A stretch of 64,000 nucleotides of DNA from an uncultured Acidimicrobiia bacterium. GTDB lineage: Bacteria; Actinomycetota; Acidimicrobiia; Spongiisociales; ZC4RG35. Positions 53,917 to 64,000 of the stretch are shown piece by piece; positions within the stretch are counted from its first letter, which is position 1, and every line of letters begins with the position of its first letter. The stretch covers positions 33,229 to 97,228 of the forward strand of contig CAXMPK010000029.1 of NCBI GenBank assembly GCA_964195405.1, in the 5' to 3' direction. The notes under the pieces are model-generated. The model had not been told where the DNA came from. It ran no database searches and saw only the letters and a program-made list of their open reading frames with translations. The translations under genes were made by a program, and so were the position numbers.

Positions 53917-55449
53917 TCAGACTCCCCAGCCGCCCCCACCCGGGGTGTGAACGATCAGTCGATCGCCAGGTTCGACGTCGATCGTGATCTTGCCGGGGAG
54001 CCGTTCCTTGGTGGCATTGTTCCGAACCAGCCAATCTTCACCGACCGCTCCAGGCTCGCCACCAGCGAGACCCCACGGTGCATTTCTCCTCCTCTCGCCC
54101 ATCAGCGAAAGGGTTGCTGCTGTGTCGAAAACGATCTCACGACGAATTCCCTCTCCACCTTGGTACCGACCGGCGCCACCGCTGTCTCGACGGAGCGTGT
54201 AAGCCTCCACGCGAAACGGATAGTGGGTGTGGAGGGCCTCGATCGGTGTGTTCTGAGTGTTGGTCATACCGGTTTGGATACCCGACTGGCCATCCCGATA
54301 AGGACGGGCACCCTGACCCCCGGCCACCGTTTCGTAATAGGCGAAGTCGTCATTGCCAATTAGAACATTGTTCATGGTTCCCTGCGAGGCTGCTGGGATT
54401 CGATCGGGCACCGCTTGTGCCAGGGCGCCCAACAAGACGTCGGCGATCCGCTGACTGGTTTCGACGTTCCCTGCCGCGACGGCCGCGGGCGCCAGCGCGT
54501 TCACAATCGTCCCCTCCGGCGCCGTCAGTGAGATCGGGCGGTAACAACCGCCGTTGGCGGGTATAGATGGGTCGGTTGCCACCCGAACCGCGTAGTAGAG
54601 ACAAGACCTGGTGACGGCTTCGACAGCGTTGAAATTCGACTCCACCTGAGGGTCGGACTTGCTGAAGTCGGCGTGAAGTGTGGCGGCTTCGATGGTGATG
54701 GCAACTCGGATCGCCACGTCCTGGTCGCCAAACTCCATGAAGTCCTCAAAGGAGTAGATCCCATCCGGAAGAGCCTCTAGAGCGGACGTCATACGTCGCT
54801 CGCCATACTCGAGCAATGCGTGGGTCACGCCTTCAAAAGGTGCCAATCCCTCTTTGGCGACAAGATCCTGGAGACGACGCACCGCAACCGCGTTGGCACC
54901 CATTTGGGCGTCGAGGTCGCCACGGCGTTCCCATGGAGTCCGAGAAGCCTCAACAAACGGCACCAGAAACTCATCGACCCACCGATCGTCCTGAACCGCA
55001 ACAGTCGGAGGGACGATGTGTCCCTCCTGGACCAGAGTCGTTGCATGAGCTGGCATCGACCCTGGAGCCTCCCCGCCGACATCGGCGTGATGGGCTCGAT
55101 TGGCAACCCAGGCGATGTGACGACCGCCGACAAACACTGGCGCCAGCACTGTCAGGTCGTTGAGATGGGTGCCGCCATAAAACGGGTCATTGACGGCGTA
55201 TTGAACCCCTGGGACCGGGTCGAAAGCCCGAAGACAAGCGGCCACCGACTCGGGCATCGACCCGAGGTGTACCGGAATGTGCTCGGCCTGAGCCAGCATC
55301 TCACCGTCGGGTGTGAACACCGCGGCCGAGCAATCGGCTCGTTCCTTTATGTTGGGAGACAGCGAGGTGCGACGGAGGACACCTCCCATCTCCCCGGCTA
55401 TGGCCGAGAAACGGTTCCGGGCGACTTCGAGAGTGATGGGATCGATCAT
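53917..55449 (-). CDS. hyuB: hydantoinase B / oxoprolinase family protein
   Basis: MIDPITLEVARNRFSAIAGEMG N-terminus and overall HyuB-like pattern. 510 aa. Confidence 0.85.
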   Translation of the reverse strand: MIDPITLEVARNRFSAIAGEMGGVLRRTSLSPNIKERADCSAAVFTPDGEMLAQAEHIPVHLGSMPESVAACLRAFDPVPGVQYAVNDPFYGGTHLNDLTVLAPVFVGGRHIAWVANRAHHADVGGEAPGSMPAHATTLVQEGHIVPPTVAVQDDRWVDEFLVPFVEASRTPWERRGDLDAQMGANAVAVRRLQDLVAKEGLAPFEGVTHALLEYGERRMTSALEALPDGIYSFEDFMEFGDQDVAIRVAITIEAATLHADFSKSDPQVESNFNAVEAVTRSCLYYAVRVATDPSIPANGGCYRPISLTAPEGTIVNALAPAAVAAGNVETSQRIADVLLGALAQAVPDRIPAASQGTMNNVLIGNDDFAYYETVAGGQGARPYRDGQSGIQTGMTNTQNTPIEALHTHYPFRVEAYTLRRDSGGAGRYQGGEGIRREIVFDTAATLSLMGERRRNAPWGLAGGEPGAVGEDWLVRNNATKERLPGKITIDVEPGDRLIVHTPGGGGWGV

Positions 55450-56147
55450 TTGCCCACGAGATGGCCGATGTGCTTGGTGGCCTCCCGATAGCTGAGACCG
55501 GAGAGGTCCTCACGATGGCTCGTGGCAAAGGCCGCGACGGCCGCGGCATCGGTCTTGGCGTACTCACGAAGAGACCATCCGATCGCCTTACGGATGAAGA
55601 ACTCCTTCTCGAAGGCGCGCTGCTCACAGAAGGAGAACAGTCGATCCGCATCGGTACGCTCCTTGGCCCCGACCTGGCAGATGATCGCCGAGCGACGCAG
55701 CCACATGTCATCTGCATCGATCCAGGTGTCGACTTTCGGCCAAACCTCCAAGGGAAATTCCAGAACCAGCTCCCTAACCATGTGCGTCGATGCCTCATCG
55801 ACAAAGTCCCACCATGCACCCTCAACGACAAAGCGGCGGTACAACGACAGCGATGCCGGAACCATGAACTGACGATGTTTCACCGCCACCCTCTGGGCGA
55901 TGTACTTCTCCTCCCGATGAGGAAGGCGCCACAGGGCCAGCACCAGCCTCTCGTATTCGGCTCGGGTTGGTGGTGGGAAGTTCTTGACCACCTGCCTGAG
56001 CACCGGAATCAGACCGGGTTTCTGCACACCGTAGAAAGGCATCTCGGTTTTCATGTAGGCCTGCATCCGCGCTGCCTTGTCCGGATTGGCTTGATCGGCG
56101 AGAGCCGACTGCACATAGATGGAGGCTTCGTTCACCCAATCAGCCAT
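55446..56147 (-). CDS. DNA alkylation repair enzyme family protein (AlkD/AlkC-like HEAT repeats)
   Basis: MQAYMKTEMPFYGVQKP, WWDFVD and FFIRKAIGWSLREY are typical of the family. Its start overlaps the hyuA stop by 8 nt and its stop overlaps the hyuB start (ATGA). Confidence 0.7.
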   Translation of the reverse strand: MADWVNEASIYVQSALADQANPDKAARMQAYMKTEMPFYGVQKPGLIPVLRQVVKNFPPPTRAEYERLVLALWRLPHREEKYIAQRVAVKHRQFMVPASLSLYRRFVVEGAWWDFVDEASTHMVRELVLEFPLEVWPKVDTWIDADDMWLRRSAIICQVGAKERTDADRLFSFCEQRAFEKEFFIRKAIGWSLREYAKTDAAAVAAFATSHREDLSGLSYREATKHIGHLVGK

Positions 56148-57975
56148 TGGAAATTTCCAAGCTTCCGTCAGCGAGTACCTGTAGCCGGTCGCCGGCCGCG
56201 ATGAGGACTGCGGAGTTGTCTTCGACAACCACGCCCGGGCCATCAATCTCGAACCCCGCCGGAAGTGTTTCTCTTTGCCAGATGCCATCGCGATGTTGAG
56301 GCGTGGAATTCGACGGCACTGATGGCAGATCACTCCATGAGAGTGGAGCTGATCCCGAGGCCGCGGCGCGCACATTCACCACTTCGATTGGCTCGTCGGG
56401 GCGATCAAAGCCAAACCGCTGAACATGGAGTGCCTCGAATCGACGCCGGGTCTCATCCCAAGAACCAGCCACAACTTCGAGTTCGTGCGATTGCCCGAGG
56501 TAACGAACATCGACACTCACGATCAGTTCAGTGGCATCGACGTCGAACGTTTCGTTGAAGGCATCTGATGTCTCAGACCGAATTGCAGCGATCACGGCGG
56601 CCAACTGCATGTCGCCCGAGGGGAGCATCACCGTTCTTGCACGGTCTGCTCGGGGCGGCGCGAGCATCAACCCAAGGGCGGAAAAGACTCCTGACAGCGG
56701 TGGGATCAGGGTTGTGGCCATTCCGAGGCGACGGGCGAGACGGGAGCCATGAAGCCCACCGGCCCCACCAAAGGCAACCAAAACTGCGTCGCGCGGATCG
56801 GATCCTTCCTCGACCGACACCGAGCGAAGTGCGTGCTCCATGTGACTGTCAACCACTTCGAGAATTCCCGCAGTTGTCTGTTCTTCGTTGAGTCCGATCT
56901 CGTCACCCAGTGAGGCGATGGCAGACCTGGCCGCGGGAACGTTGAGGGCCACGGTCCCTCCGAGGGCGAGATCGGGGGGGATATTTCCTGCTGCGACGTT
57001 GGCATCGGTGACGGTCGGCAACGTACCGCCGGTGAGGTAACAAGCAGGGCCTGGTTCTGCGCCCGCCGACTGCGGCCCAACCCGAAGAGCGCCACCCGGG
57101 TCGACCCATGCAATGGAGCCGCCACCGGCTCCGATGGTTCGGATGGGGACGGAGGGCACCCGATTGACCCGACCGGCAATCATGTGACCGGGCCCAACCG
57201 AGATGGCGCCCTCAGTGATACGGCACACGTCGGTCGAAGTTCCGCCCATGTCGAACGACAGCACCGTTTCGTAGCCATGATGCTGACCCAAGGCGGCAGC
57301 GGCTACAGCTCCCCCGGCTGGACCCGATAGAACAAGCCTGCCGGCTGACGAGGTGCCTCCCTCGAAGGGAATCAGACCACCGGCCGAGGTCATGATGAGA
57401 CGTGTCTTCATTTCTAGACGGGCATCCAATGACCGGAGGTAGTCGGCCACCGAAGGGGTCAGATATGCAGAAAGGACAGTTGTGGCTGTCCGCTCGAACT
57501 CTCGAAACTCTGGTGAGATGTCCGAGGATAAAAGGACAGGCTTGTCGATCGCCTTGGCCATCTCTCGTTCACGTGAAGGGTCTTTGTAGGAGTCGATCAG
57601 AACGACCGCTACCACGTCACATTCTCCGATTTCGGCCGGATCACTGACCCGCAGTTCACGTGGGACCAGTGGTGTGGGCCGATCGGAAGCGCTGTCGTAC
57701 AGCGAAGGCCGATCTTGACGTCCGATCTCCAACAGATCCTCGTATCCGGCATCGGTCACCAGGCCAACACGACCTCCCCGTTCCTCGAGGAGGGCATTTG
57801 TTGCAGCAGTTGTCCCATGCAGGAACATGTCGTCTGCAATCCCCCCAACTGCACTCGCCACAGCCACCGACTGATCTTCACTGGTGGGCACCTTGTGACC
57901 CAGAATCGCCTCGCCGTCATAGGTGACCACGTCGGTAAATGTGCCACCGACGTCAACGCCGATCACTTTGGCCAT
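56140..57975 (-). CDS. hyuA: hydantoinase A / oxoprolinase family protein
   Basis: MAKVIGVDVGGTFTDVV ATPase N-terminus and a second GGGS nucleotide-binding motif. Confidence 0.85.
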   Translation of the reverse strand: MAKVIGVDVGGTFTDVVTYDGEAILGHKVPTSEDQSVAVASAVGGIADDMFLHGTTAATNALLEERGGRVGLVTDAGYEDLLEIGRQDRPSLYDSASDRPTPLVPRELRVSDPAEIGECDVVAVVLIDSYKDPSREREMAKAIDKPVLLSSDISPEFREFERTATTVLSAYLTPSVADYLRSLDARLEMKTRLIMTSAGGLIPFEGGTSSAGRLVLSGPAGGAVAAAALGQHHGYETVLSFDMGGTSTDVCRITEGAISVGPGHMIAGRVNRVPSVPIRTIGAGGGSIAWVDPGGALRVGPQSAGAEPGPACYLTGGTLPTVTDANVAAGNIPPDLALGGTVALNVPAARSAIASLGDEIGLNEEQTTAGILEVVDSHMEHALRSVSVEEGSDPRDAVLVAFGGAGGLHGSRLARRLGMATTLIPPLSGVFSALGLMLAPPRADRARTVMLPSGDMQLAAVIAAIRSETSDAFNETFDVDATELIVSVDVRYLGQSHELEVVAGSWDETRRRFEALHVQRFGFDRPDEPIEVVNVRAAASGSAPLSWSDLPSVPSNSTPQHRDGIWQRETLPAGFEIDGPGVVVEDNSAVLIAAGDRLQVLADGSLEISNG

Positions 57976-57995
57976 GGGACTACGCTCCTCGCCCA

Positions 57996-58253
57996 ATGCC
58001 AATTACCTCCACACCCACACCAAACCCGAACGCGTTGAAGTTCTCGATAGGAGTCCTCATCGGAGGGCCGGGCACAGTTGTCAAGGGTGGCACCACCGAT
58101 GAAGCATTCGCTTCCGCACTGGTAGAACTCAGCGGTGTGACCAGCGTGTTCTTTACTGCTGATTTCGTGACTATCTCCAAGACTGCGGAAGCCTCCTGGG
58201 ATCAGATCACACAGGAAGCGACCGCGATTCTAGAGAGCCACTTCGACGTCTGA
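57996..58253 (+). CDS. Nfu/NifU N-terminal-domain protein
   Basis: 85 aa. TPTPNPNALKF and SVFFTADFVTISK, characteristic of the Nfu_N scaffold domain. Confidence 0.7.
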   Translation: MPITSTPTPNPNALKFSIGVLIGGPGTVVKGGTTDEAFASALVELSGVTSVFFTADFVTISKTAEASWDQITQEATAILESHFDV

Positions 58254-58255
58254 GG

Positions 58256-59068
58256 TCAGGGCGCGATGACCGTGATCGGCCGCACGACGCCGTCGACGTC
58301 GGCTGACATCACCACCACGCTCCATCTGCCATCTGCCATCGTCTGACCACCAACGACGGTGCCATATTTGGCCTCCAATGGATCGCCGATCTCTTCCGGT
58401 AACAGCACCAATTCGAGTGGATAGGGGATCAGGGCATCCGCATTTGTCACCAATGGTGGAGCAGCAATCCTTGGCAGCCCATCGTCGCCAAGGATTACCC
58501 GAAGTGTTGCGATTCGGGTTGGTTGGCGTACGAAGACCCCATCGCTGCCCGACCTCAGAGACCGCACGGCAACCTCCACCTCGAAAGCTAGGGCGTCGAC
58601 CTCGACCACACTGGTTGCTGCCACCCAATCGACGAACACCTGAACGCCTTCTGGTGCCTGAGGCAGGGGGATTCCTTCCGGCATCAGACCAGCCAGGGTC
58701 TCGCTCGACTCGGTTGACCCGTCAACACCGAAGTACTCGACGGCGAACCACTCGGCATGTGCCGCTGCCTGATCAATGAGGCGCTCCGGATCAACGGCGT
58801 ATAGATCGGCTTCCGCGATAACCACTGGGGTGCCGAGTGTCGTCGCCGGAGCAATCGGAATCGCAGCTATGGGAGCCGTTGGCTGCACGACTGCGACGGG
58901 AACACTGTCGAGCGCCGGCAAGGGCCGGTTTTGCATGAAGGTGTACGCCAAAGCACCCACCACTACCGCTCCCGCTATCGCGTAGGCCAACCACTGCCGA
59001 TCGGTCCCTTGCTTTTCGAGCGTTTCCCACGGGATTCGCTCGTATACCTCGTTTCTCTCCTCTTCCAT
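58256..59068 (-). CDS. hypothetical single-pass membrane protein
   Basis: 270 aa. One TM helix (WLAYAIAGAVVVGALAYTF) and an extracytoplasmic domain of unknown family. Confidence 0.5.
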   Translation of the reverse strand: MEEERNEVYERIPWETLEKQGTDRQWLAYAIAGAVVVGALAYTFMQNRPLPALDSVPVAVVQPTAPIAAIPIAPATTLGTPVVIAEADLYAVDPERLIDQAAAHAEWFAVEYFGVDGSTESSETLAGLMPEGIPLPQAPEGVQVFVDWVAATSVVEVDALAFEVEVAVRSLRSGSDGVFVRQPTRIATLRVILGDDGLPRIAAPPLVTNADALIPYPLELVLLPEEIGDPLEAKYGTVVGGQTMADGRWSVVVMSADVDGVVRPITVIAP

Positions 59069-59172
59069 TCCTCGAACGTAAGAAGCCCTGAACCTCAGTT
59101 CAAGGGGGTTGATGCCAGGACCTCCCCTTCAACCGGGGAACTTTCTGACCCCGGGCTATCGTCTGAAAGGAA

Positions 59173-59769
59173 ATGGGAGCCAACCTAGATCCGAAACCAG
59201 GCCGATGGATCCTCCCCCTTGTGATCTTGGGGATGATCGGATTCACCTATTTCTTCGTCCGCGAGTTGCCCGAGGCGTCACCGGATACCACGTTGATCGG
59301 TCAACCTGTGACGACCACGATTCCGGAGTCAACCGGAACCTCGGAAGATCTCGTTGGCGGCACTTTGGATCCCGAGACTCAGGCATATGTCGACGAGCTC
59401 GACACCACCAACGACGCTTTGCAGCTTTTGGGCGTTGAGATACTCACGGCGAATGACGGGTTCGACGCCGACCCGCGCGAGGTTCCTTACGAAGAGGCTG
59501 AACAGCGTTTCGAGGCGGTCCAAACCCAAACCCAGGTGCTGGCCGACGACCTCGACGCCTTGGCCGTGCCGGAGGGGATGGAGATCAATCAGGAGGCCCT
59601 GAAGACCGCCATGCAGTTCGTCGCACTCTCGGCAGGCGACGCACTAAGCGGACTCCGTTCGACGGACAGCGGCGAACTTCGCCAGAACGCCGTCGAGGCT
59701 TACACAAAGCACGTTGCAGACTTTGCCACCGAAGTCACCAACGCCCACAACACGGCCGACTCCCTCTAA
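59173..59769 (+). CDS. hypothetical single-pass membrane protein
   Basis: 198 aa. TM helix WILPLVILGMIGFTYFF followed by an acidic helical region. Confidence 0.5.
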   Translation: MGANLDPKPGRWILPLVILGMIGFTYFFVRELPEASPDTTLIGQPVTTTIPESTGTSEDLVGGTLDPETQAYVDELDTTNDALQLLGVEILTANDGFDADPREVPYEEAEQRFEAVQTQTQVLADDLDALAVPEGMEINQEALKTAMQFVALSAGDALSGLRSTDSGELRQNAVEAYTKHVADFATEVTNAHNTADSL

Positions 59770-59839
59770 ACCTCGCGAACCTCAGCTACTACGACCCATA
59801 TCCGGGCCGAATCCGGTCATCTTCGTCGCGTTGGGAGGT

Positions 59840-61264
59840 CTAAATGTCGTAGTAGAGGTGGAACTCGTAGGGATGGGGGCGGAGTCGCACCGGGTCAACC
59901 TCGTGTTCCCTCTTGTAGGACAGGTAGGCGTCGATGAGATCTTCTGTGAACACACCACCCTGGAGCAGGAAGTCGTGGTCGGCCTCAAGGGCGTCGAGCG
60001 CTTCATCGAGACTGCCCGGTACTGAGGGCAGACCCTTCAACTCGGCCGGCGGCAGGTCGTAAATATCCTTGTCCACTGGAGCGTGGGGCTCAATCCGATT
60101 CTGAACACCGTCCAGACCCGCCATCAGCATCGCTGCAAACGAAAGGGAAGGGTTGGCGGCTGTGTCCGGGCAGCGGAACTCGATCCGCTTCGCTGCTGGT
60201 GCCTGTGAATACTGTGGGATCCGGATTGCAGCCGAACGGTTCCGACTCGAATACACCAAGTTCACGGGTGCCTCGAAGCCGGGGACCAATCGGTGATACG
60301 AGTTGGTCGTCGGCGCAGCAAATGCCAAGACAGCTTGCGCGTGCTTGAGCAACCCGCCGATGTACCAACGCGCCAGATCAGAGAGACCGGCATATCCCCC
60401 TTCATCGAACATCAGTGTCTCCCCGTCCTTCCACAACGACTGGTGGGTATGCATGCCAGACCCGTTGTCTTCGAAGATCGGCTTGGGCATGAATGTGACC
60501 GTTTTCCCCACCTCCCATGCCGTGTTCTTCACGATGTACTTGTAGAGAGTGACGTTGTCGGCGGTACGCAACAATGTGTCGTAGCGCATATCGATCTCAG
60601 CCTGGCCCGCCGTTCCCACCTCATGGTGCTGGACTTCGATTTCGATCCCAGCGTCCTCGAGACGAGCTGTCATCTCGGAACGAAGGTCCTGGAAATGGTC
60701 TGTGGGAGGGACAGGGAAGTAGCCCTCTTGGTAGCGAGGCTTGTAGCCGAGGTTTCCCCCCTCTTCGTACTCCCCAGAATTCCAAGCGCCTTCGACAGAG
60801 TCGACAAAGTAATAACCGGAGTTCTGATCCTGACCGAAGCGAACATCGTCGAAGATGTAGAACTCGGCCTCGGGGCCCCAGTAGGAAATGTCAGCAATCC
60901 CGGTACTGATCAGGTAGTCCTCCGCCTTCTTGGCGACATAACGAGGGTCCTTCTCATAAGGCGTGCCCGTGATCGGGTCGTTGACGAAGCAGTAGAGAAT
61001 CAGTGTCTTCCTGTCCCGAAAGACGTCATCGACCGCTGTCGATGGGTCGGGGATCAGGAGCATGTCTGACTCCTGAATGTCCTGGAACCCACGGATCGAG
61101 GAGCCGTCGAATCCAAAGCCATCCTCAAATGACTCTTCGGTCAATTGGTGGGTGGGAACAGTGAAATGCTGGACCTGGCCGGGGAGGTCGCAAAAGCGAA
61201 GGTCGATGAATTCGTATCCCTCATCGACGATAAGGGATAAGACGTCGGCAGCCGTCTTGGTCAC
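59840..61264 (-). CDS. glnA: glutamine synthetase type I
   Basis: 474 aa. [20 protein letters not shown] and MHTHQSLW motifs. GTG at 61264 is preceded by AAGGAGAG. Confidence 0.92.
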   Translation of the reverse strand: MTKTAADVLSLIVDEGYEFIDLRFCDLPGQVQHFTVPTHQLTEESFEDGFGFDGSSIRGFQDIQESDMLLIPDPSTAVDDVFRDRKTLILYCFVNDPITGTPYEKDPRYVAKKAEDYLISTGIADISYWGPEAEFYIFDDVRFGQDQNSGYYFVDSVEGAWNSGEYEEGGNLGYKPRYQEGYFPVPPTDHFQDLRSEMTARLEDAGIEIEVQHHEVGTAGQAEIDMRYDTLLRTADNVTLYKYIVKNTAWEVGKTVTFMPKPIFEDNGSGMHTHQSLWKDGETLMFDEGGYAGLSDLARWYIGGLLKHAQAVLAFAAPTTNSYHRLVPGFEAPVNLVYSSRNRSAAIRIPQYSQAPAAKRIEFRCPDTAANPSLSFAAMLMAGLDGVQNRIEPHAPVDKDIYDLPPAELKGLPSVPGSLDEALDALEADHDFLLQGGVFTEDLIDAYLSYKREHEVDPVRLRPHPYEFHLYYDI

Positions 61265-61375
61265 GTTGCTCTCCTTTGTGTAGTTCTTCTTACGCGAACA
61301 TAGACTTTCTATCTGCAATCAGTTGCCGGTCGGTTGCCGAAGTGTGAACTCTCTGTTTCGCCGTTTCCACAGCCG

Positions 61376-61419
61376 AGCGTGTGCAGCCATGGCCCTGTGA
61401 GGGCCACCACTGCACACGC
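61376..61419 (+). repeat. 44-nt nested-hairpin element, copy 2 (22 nt upstream of purA, in the divergent glnA-purA region)
   Basis: agcgtgtgcagccatggccctgtgagggccaccactgcacacgc. Same outer 10-bp stem as copy 1. Inner stem tggccc/gggcca. Confidence 0.9.
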
Positions 61420-61441
61420 ATGACTACCGTCGCTCCACGTC

Positions 61442-62716
61442 ATGCCAGCCACCATCGTTATCGGCGCCCAATGGGGTGACGAGGGCAAAGGCCGTGTCGT
61501 TGACTTCTTTGCCGAAAAGGCCGACTACGTAGTCCGTTTCCAAGGTGGGAACAACGCGGGGCACACCATCGTCGTCGGTGATGAGAAACTCGCTCTCTCA
61601 TTGATCCCCTCTGGCATCCTCTACCCGGACTGTGTTCCAGTGATTGCGTCGGGCACCGTGATCGACCCTCAAGTCCTGCTCGCCGAGATGGATATGGCGA
61701 CCGACCGAGGCCTTGATCCCAGTTCGGTGAAGCTCTCCACAAATGCCCATCTGATCATGCCCTATCACCGAAAACTGGATGCGGCAATCGAGCGCTATCT
61801 CGGCAAGAACCAGATCGGGACCACCAAAAAGGGAATTGGTCCCGCCTACACCGACAAGTACGCCCGCTTTGGAATCAGGGTCCAGGATCTCTTCGACGAG
61901 AAGATCTTCAGAGAGAAGGTCGAGGCGGCCCTCGTGGAGAAGAACAAAATCCTCCCCCGCGTCTACAACACATTGCCCATGGATGCCGACGAGATCGTCG
62001 CTGAATACCTGGAATACGCGGAAAGGCTGAAACCTCATGTTGTCGACACCTCGCTACTCCTCTGGAACGCAATTCAGGACGGGAAAAACGTCCTGTTCGA
62101 AGGGGCTCAGGGCACGTTGCTCGACATCGACCACGGCACCTACCCGTTCGTGACCTCGTCCAACGCCACAGCGGGAGGAGCAGTTGTGGGGACCGGTGTC
62201 GGACCCAAGGTCATCGATGAGGTGATCGGCGTGACCAAGGCTTACATCTCCCGCGTAGGCACCGGTCCATTCCCCACCGAACTCGACGATGAGACCGGTG
62301 ACACCATGATCGAATTGGGGGGCGAGTACGGCACGGTCACCGGTCGTCGTCGTCGCTGCGGCTGGCTTGACCTGCTCGCACTCCGTTATGCGGTGCGGGT
62401 GAACAGTCTCACCAAGATCTTTCTGACGAAGCTGGACATTCTCTCCGCTTTTGACATCATCAAGGTGGCCACCGGATACCGATCGGCCGAAGGCGACTTC
62501 ACCGATTTCCCCGCCCAGCAGTCTGTGCTCTATCACTGCGAGCCCATTTACACCGAACTGTCTGGGTGGCGTGAAGATATCACCGGGATCCGGGAATATG
62601 ACGACCTCCCCAAGGGGGCTCAGACGTACATCGAGTACATCCAGGATTCGGTTGGCGTACCGGTGGGATGGGTTTCGGTTGGCCCGGAGCGCTCACAGCT
62701 GATCAACCTCTCATGA
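61442..62716 (+). CDS. purA: adenylosuccinate synthetase
   Basis: GAQWGDEGKGRVVD P-loop, GNNAGHT and TTKKGIGPAY. 424 aa. Confidence 0.93.
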   Translation: MPATIVIGAQWGDEGKGRVVDFFAEKADYVVRFQGGNNAGHTIVVGDEKLALSLIPSGILYPDCVPVIASGTVIDPQVLLAEMDMATDRGLDPSSVKLSTNAHLIMPYHRKLDAAIERYLGKNQIGTTKKGIGPAYTDKYARFGIRVQDLFDEKIFREKVEAALVEKNKILPRVYNTLPMDADEIVAEYLEYAERLKPHVVDTSLLLWNAIQDGKNVLFEGAQGTLLDIDHGTYPFVTSSNATAGGAVVGTGVGPKVIDEVIGVTKAYISRVGTGPFPTELDDETGDTMIELGGEYGTVTGRRRRCGWLDLLALRYAVRVNSLTKIFLTKLDILSAFDIIKVATGYRSAEGDFTDFPAQQSVLYHCEPIYTELSGWREDITGIREYDDLPKGAQTYIEYIQDSVGVPVGWVSVGPERSQLINLS

Positions 62717-63939
62717 AGGTCCTTCTGATCGGAAGTGGCGGGCGGGAGCACGCCATGGGGTGGAAACTGGCCCAGTCCTCTCGCGTCAAAGAACTGATCT
62801 CACTCCCCGGCAACCCAGGCCTCGCTGAACTGGGACCAACGGTCGAGGGCATTGGGGTCAATGACGTGGGAGCCATCGCGGCGATGGCACGAGTGCACGG
62901 TGTCGACCTGGTGGTGGTCGGACCTGAAGCACCACTGGCCGCCGGCGTCGTCGATGCGGTTTCAGCACTTGGAATTCCGGTATTTGGGCCAACACGATCA
63001 GCGGCTCGGCTTGAGTCCTCCAAGACCTACGCCAAGGAGGTGATGGGTCGCGCTGGTGTACCGACTGCTATGTCGTGGGCCTTTACAAAGCCAGGCCCGG
63101 CCAAGATGCAGATCGACCAGCTTGATGGACCCTTTGTCGTCAAGGCCGATGGGCTGGCCGCAGGCAAAGGCGTGCTGGTCACCGACGACCGTGAGCAAGC
63201 GATGGTTTGGGTCGACTATTGCTTCGAGGGAGCGTTCGGGGAGGCGGGGTCTCGGGTGTTGATCGAGGAGTTTCTCGAGGGTCCAGAGGTGAGTGTTTTT
63301 GCGGTCTGCACAGAAAAGGGCGCTGTTCCGCTGGAGCCCGCTCGTGACTACAAGCGTCTGCTCGATGGTGATGATGGCCCAAACACCGGTGGGATGGGAT
63401 CGTATTCGCCAGTGGATGACCTTCCGGGCGGGCTGGTCGATTCCGTGATGAGCGATGTTGTTGATCCCACTCTCAGGCAGATGGAATCGGAAGGGAACCC
63501 TTTCACCGGGTTTCTGTATGTCGGGTTGGTTCTGACGCCGGACGGACCCAAGGTCCTCGAGTTCAATGTCCGCCTCGGCGATCCAGAGACACAAGCTGTT
63601 CTGCCCCGAATGGAGTCCGACTTCGTTGATGTACTCGAAGGAGCATCACCGGAGTGGTCGGACATGACGATTGTGAACGTCGTGCTGGCGGCAAAGGGCT
63701 ACCCACAGTCGCCGGAGAAGGGAGCAGTGATCAAGGGGCTCAGCAACATTCCTGACGACGTGATCGTGTTTCACGCCGGGACGGTCCGTGAGGGCAAAGA
63801 GCTCCTGGTGAACGGGGGAAGGGTGCTCAATCTCGTGGGAACAGGTTCCACCATCGACGAAGCGGAGGACCGGGCCTACTCAGCTGCGGAAATCGTTCGA
63901 TGGCCGGGACTCCAGTTCAGAACCGACATCGCGCGTTGA
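62713..63939 (+). CDS. purD: phosphoribosylamine--glycine ligase
   Basis: MKVLLIGSGGREHAMGWKLAQS, ATP-grasp core, and ATGA overlap with the purA stop. Confidence 0.92.
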   Translation: MKVLLIGSGGREHAMGWKLAQSSRVKELISLPGNPGLAELGPTVEGIGVNDVGAIAAMARVHGVDLVVVGPEAPLAAGVVDAVSALGIPVFGPTRSAARLESSKTYAKEVMGRAGVPTAMSWAFTKPGPAKMQIDQLDGPFVVKADGLAAGKGVLVTDDREQAMVWVDYCFEGAFGEAGSRVLIEEFLEGPEVSVFAVCTEKGAVPLEPARDYKRLLDGDDGPNTGGMGSYSPVDDLPGGLVDSVMSDVVDPTLRQMESEGNPFTGFLYVGLVLTPDGPKVLEFNVRLGDPETQAVLPRMESDFVDVLEGASPEWSDMTIVNVVLAAKGYPQSPEKGAVIKGLSNIPDDVIVFHAGTVREGKELLVNGGRVLNLVGTGSTIDEAEDRAYSAAEIVRWPGLQFRTDIAR

Positions 63940-64000
63940 TCGGCCAACGTCGAGCTCTTCGACGAGGGACGGAGCAATGGTCTCGGGCCACGAAACAACA

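Noticed and set aside
61331-61370. GlnR-type box (GTnAC-N6-GAAAC) upstream of glnA
   Set aside because: GTGAAC, TTTCGC and TTTCCAC fragments are present, but order and spacing do not fit the a-N6-b arrangement in the glnA orientation. Not callable by eye.

Overview
High-GC (about 60%+) bacterial chromosomal segment. Gene content suggests Actinomycetota, possibly Acidimicrobiia-like, but that placement is inference. It is almost fully coding and dominated by respiration genes. (1) A 14-gene nuoA-N NADH dehydrogenase operon lies on the minus strand (4094-21275). It is interrupted between nuoD and nuoE by a 745-aa kinase/class-III aminotransferase fusion gene. A 42-bp x3 tandem repeat that reiterates the nuoD stop region sits at that junction. 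(2) A Rieske/cytochrome b operon of the split b6/subunit-IV type (26519-32383, minus) also encodes a 2x[4Fe-4S] ferredoxin and a diheme cytochrome c. (3) A divergent cbb3-like operon (32514-35768, plus) has a CcoN-like subunit with only two histidines, so it apparently lacks all heme and CuB ligands. Its CcoO-like subunit and a second cytochrome c keep their CxxCH sites. Other genes include rex, a geranylgeranyl-reductase-like gene, moaA, thioredoxin, lysA, Leu/Val dehydrogenase with a fused E1 alpha/beta, argS, glcDEF-like genes, hyuA/hyuB with an embedded AlkD-like gene, glnA, purA and purD. Main non-standard observations: an AhpD/CMD-family gene with an in-frame TGA at the CxxC position plus an fdhF-like SECIS hairpin (probable selenoprotein); an AbiEi/DUF559 gene bracketed by 49-bp inverted repeats; a 44-nt nested hairpin present upstream of both argS and purA; and a conserved ~40-aa N-terminal module shared by three respiratory membrane proteins. 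No rRNA, tRNA, CRISPR array or recognisable transposase was seen. All family assignments rest on motif recognition by eye, not on database searches.
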